From Candidatus Aminicenantes bacterium (lineage in GTDB: Bacteria; Acidobacteriota; Aminicenantia; Aminicenantales; UBA8522): a stretch of 32,557 nucleotides of DNA. The stretch's first letter is position 1. The number at the start of each line of letters is the position of its first letter. The notes beneath the pieces are model-generated. The model searched no databases, was not told where the DNA came from, and saw only the letters and a list, made by a program, of their open reading frames with translations. The DNA lies in assembly GCA_016934895.1 (NCBI GenBank), contig JAFGRZ010000169.1:1-32557 (forward strand), in the 5' to 3' direction. Shown here piece after piece: positions 32,284-32,557 of the stretch. The position numbers and the translations under genes were made by a program.

Positions 32284-32557
32284 ATGCGATCGAAATATTG
32301 GAAGGGTATTCTGTGTCTGGTGTGTCTCGGGCTTGCCGGTCTGCCGCCGCTTTCCGGAGCCCAAGAGATATCGGGGCCTCGGCCGCCGAGCGGACTGCGC
32401 TGCGAGCACATGATCGATCCCATGGGAGTCGACACGGCGGCACCGCGGTTTTCCTGGATCCTTGAACACAGCGAAAGGGGTCAAGGACAGTCGGCCTACG
32501 AGATCATCGTTTCCTCCCAAGCCGGCGGCGAGAGCGGAGAGGCCTGGTCGAGCGGCA
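32284..32557 (+). CDS. Alpha-L-rhamnosidase (GH78), 5' fragment running off the window
   Basis: My own translation is MRSKYWKGILCLVCLGLAGLPPLSGAQE...PSGLRCEHMIDPMGVDTAAPRFSWILEHSERGQGQSAYEIIVSS. It shows the characteristic rhamnosidase N-terminal signature. GGAGGAGGG lies upstream. It is absent from the track because it has no stop codon. Confidence 0.75.
   Translation, partial: MRSKYWKGILCLVCLGLAGLPPLSGAQEISGPRPPSGLRCEHMIDPMGVDTAAPRFSWILEHSERGQGQSAYEIIVSSQAGGESGEAWSSG

Noticed and set aside
1-32557. A scan for CRISPR repeats, tandem DNA repeats, IS or integrase genes, tRNA/rRNA genes and toxin-antitoxin pairs.
   Set aside because: I saw no regularly spaced direct repeats, no transposase, recombinase or RT motifs, and no tRNA-like sequences. 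The only repeats found are at the protein level (24085-24366) plus the paralogous genes. The window looks like core chromosome rather than a mobile island.

Overview
This is a 32.6-kb GC-rich (about 60% by eye, not computed) chromosomal segment. The host is an unidentified bacterium that looks diderm: it has lipoboxes, many signal peptides, and a beta-barrel-like protein ending in Phe. About 30 tightly packed protein genes lie on both strands. I found no rRNA, tRNA, CRISPR array, transposase, integrase or phage genes. Recognisable genes are: rpoD flanked by scattered partner-switching parts (RsbW-like kinase, STAS antagonist, FHA-GAF-PP2C phosphatase); a TLC/NTT-like transporter fused to HEAT repeats; an ABM-fold protein; a NYN-LOTUS protein; a DUF1343/NamZ-like lipoprotein; a glutamine-synthetase-family ligase; a URO-D-family protein; xylulokinase; an ornithine-cyclodeaminase-family enzyme; prolyl oligopeptidase; kdgK-eda-MFS; a nitroreductase; tldD-pmbA coupled to a UPF0104 membrane protein; and the 5' end of an alpha-L-rhamnosidase. 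The most unusual region is 482-5118. All five of its products are predicted to be exported: three paralogous PI3/PI4-kinase-fold proteins whose catalytic motifs are progressively degraded, a PPP-family phosphoprotein phosphatase, and a beta-propeller lipoprotein. I interpret it as a possible undescribed extracytoplasmic kinase/pseudokinase-phosphatase module. The second candidate is 22385-24798, a translationally coupled operon encoding an SH3b / proline-rich / beta-barrel protein, a signal-peptide-bearing SAM methyltransferase, and an unlisted 59-aa zinc-ribbon ORF. Many long ORFs in the supplied track are antisense shadows of real genes. Several track ORFs also appear over-extended at the N-terminus, and I trimmed them using SD motifs, sigma70-like promoters and signal-peptide logic. 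All family calls rest on motif recognition by eye; no searches were run.
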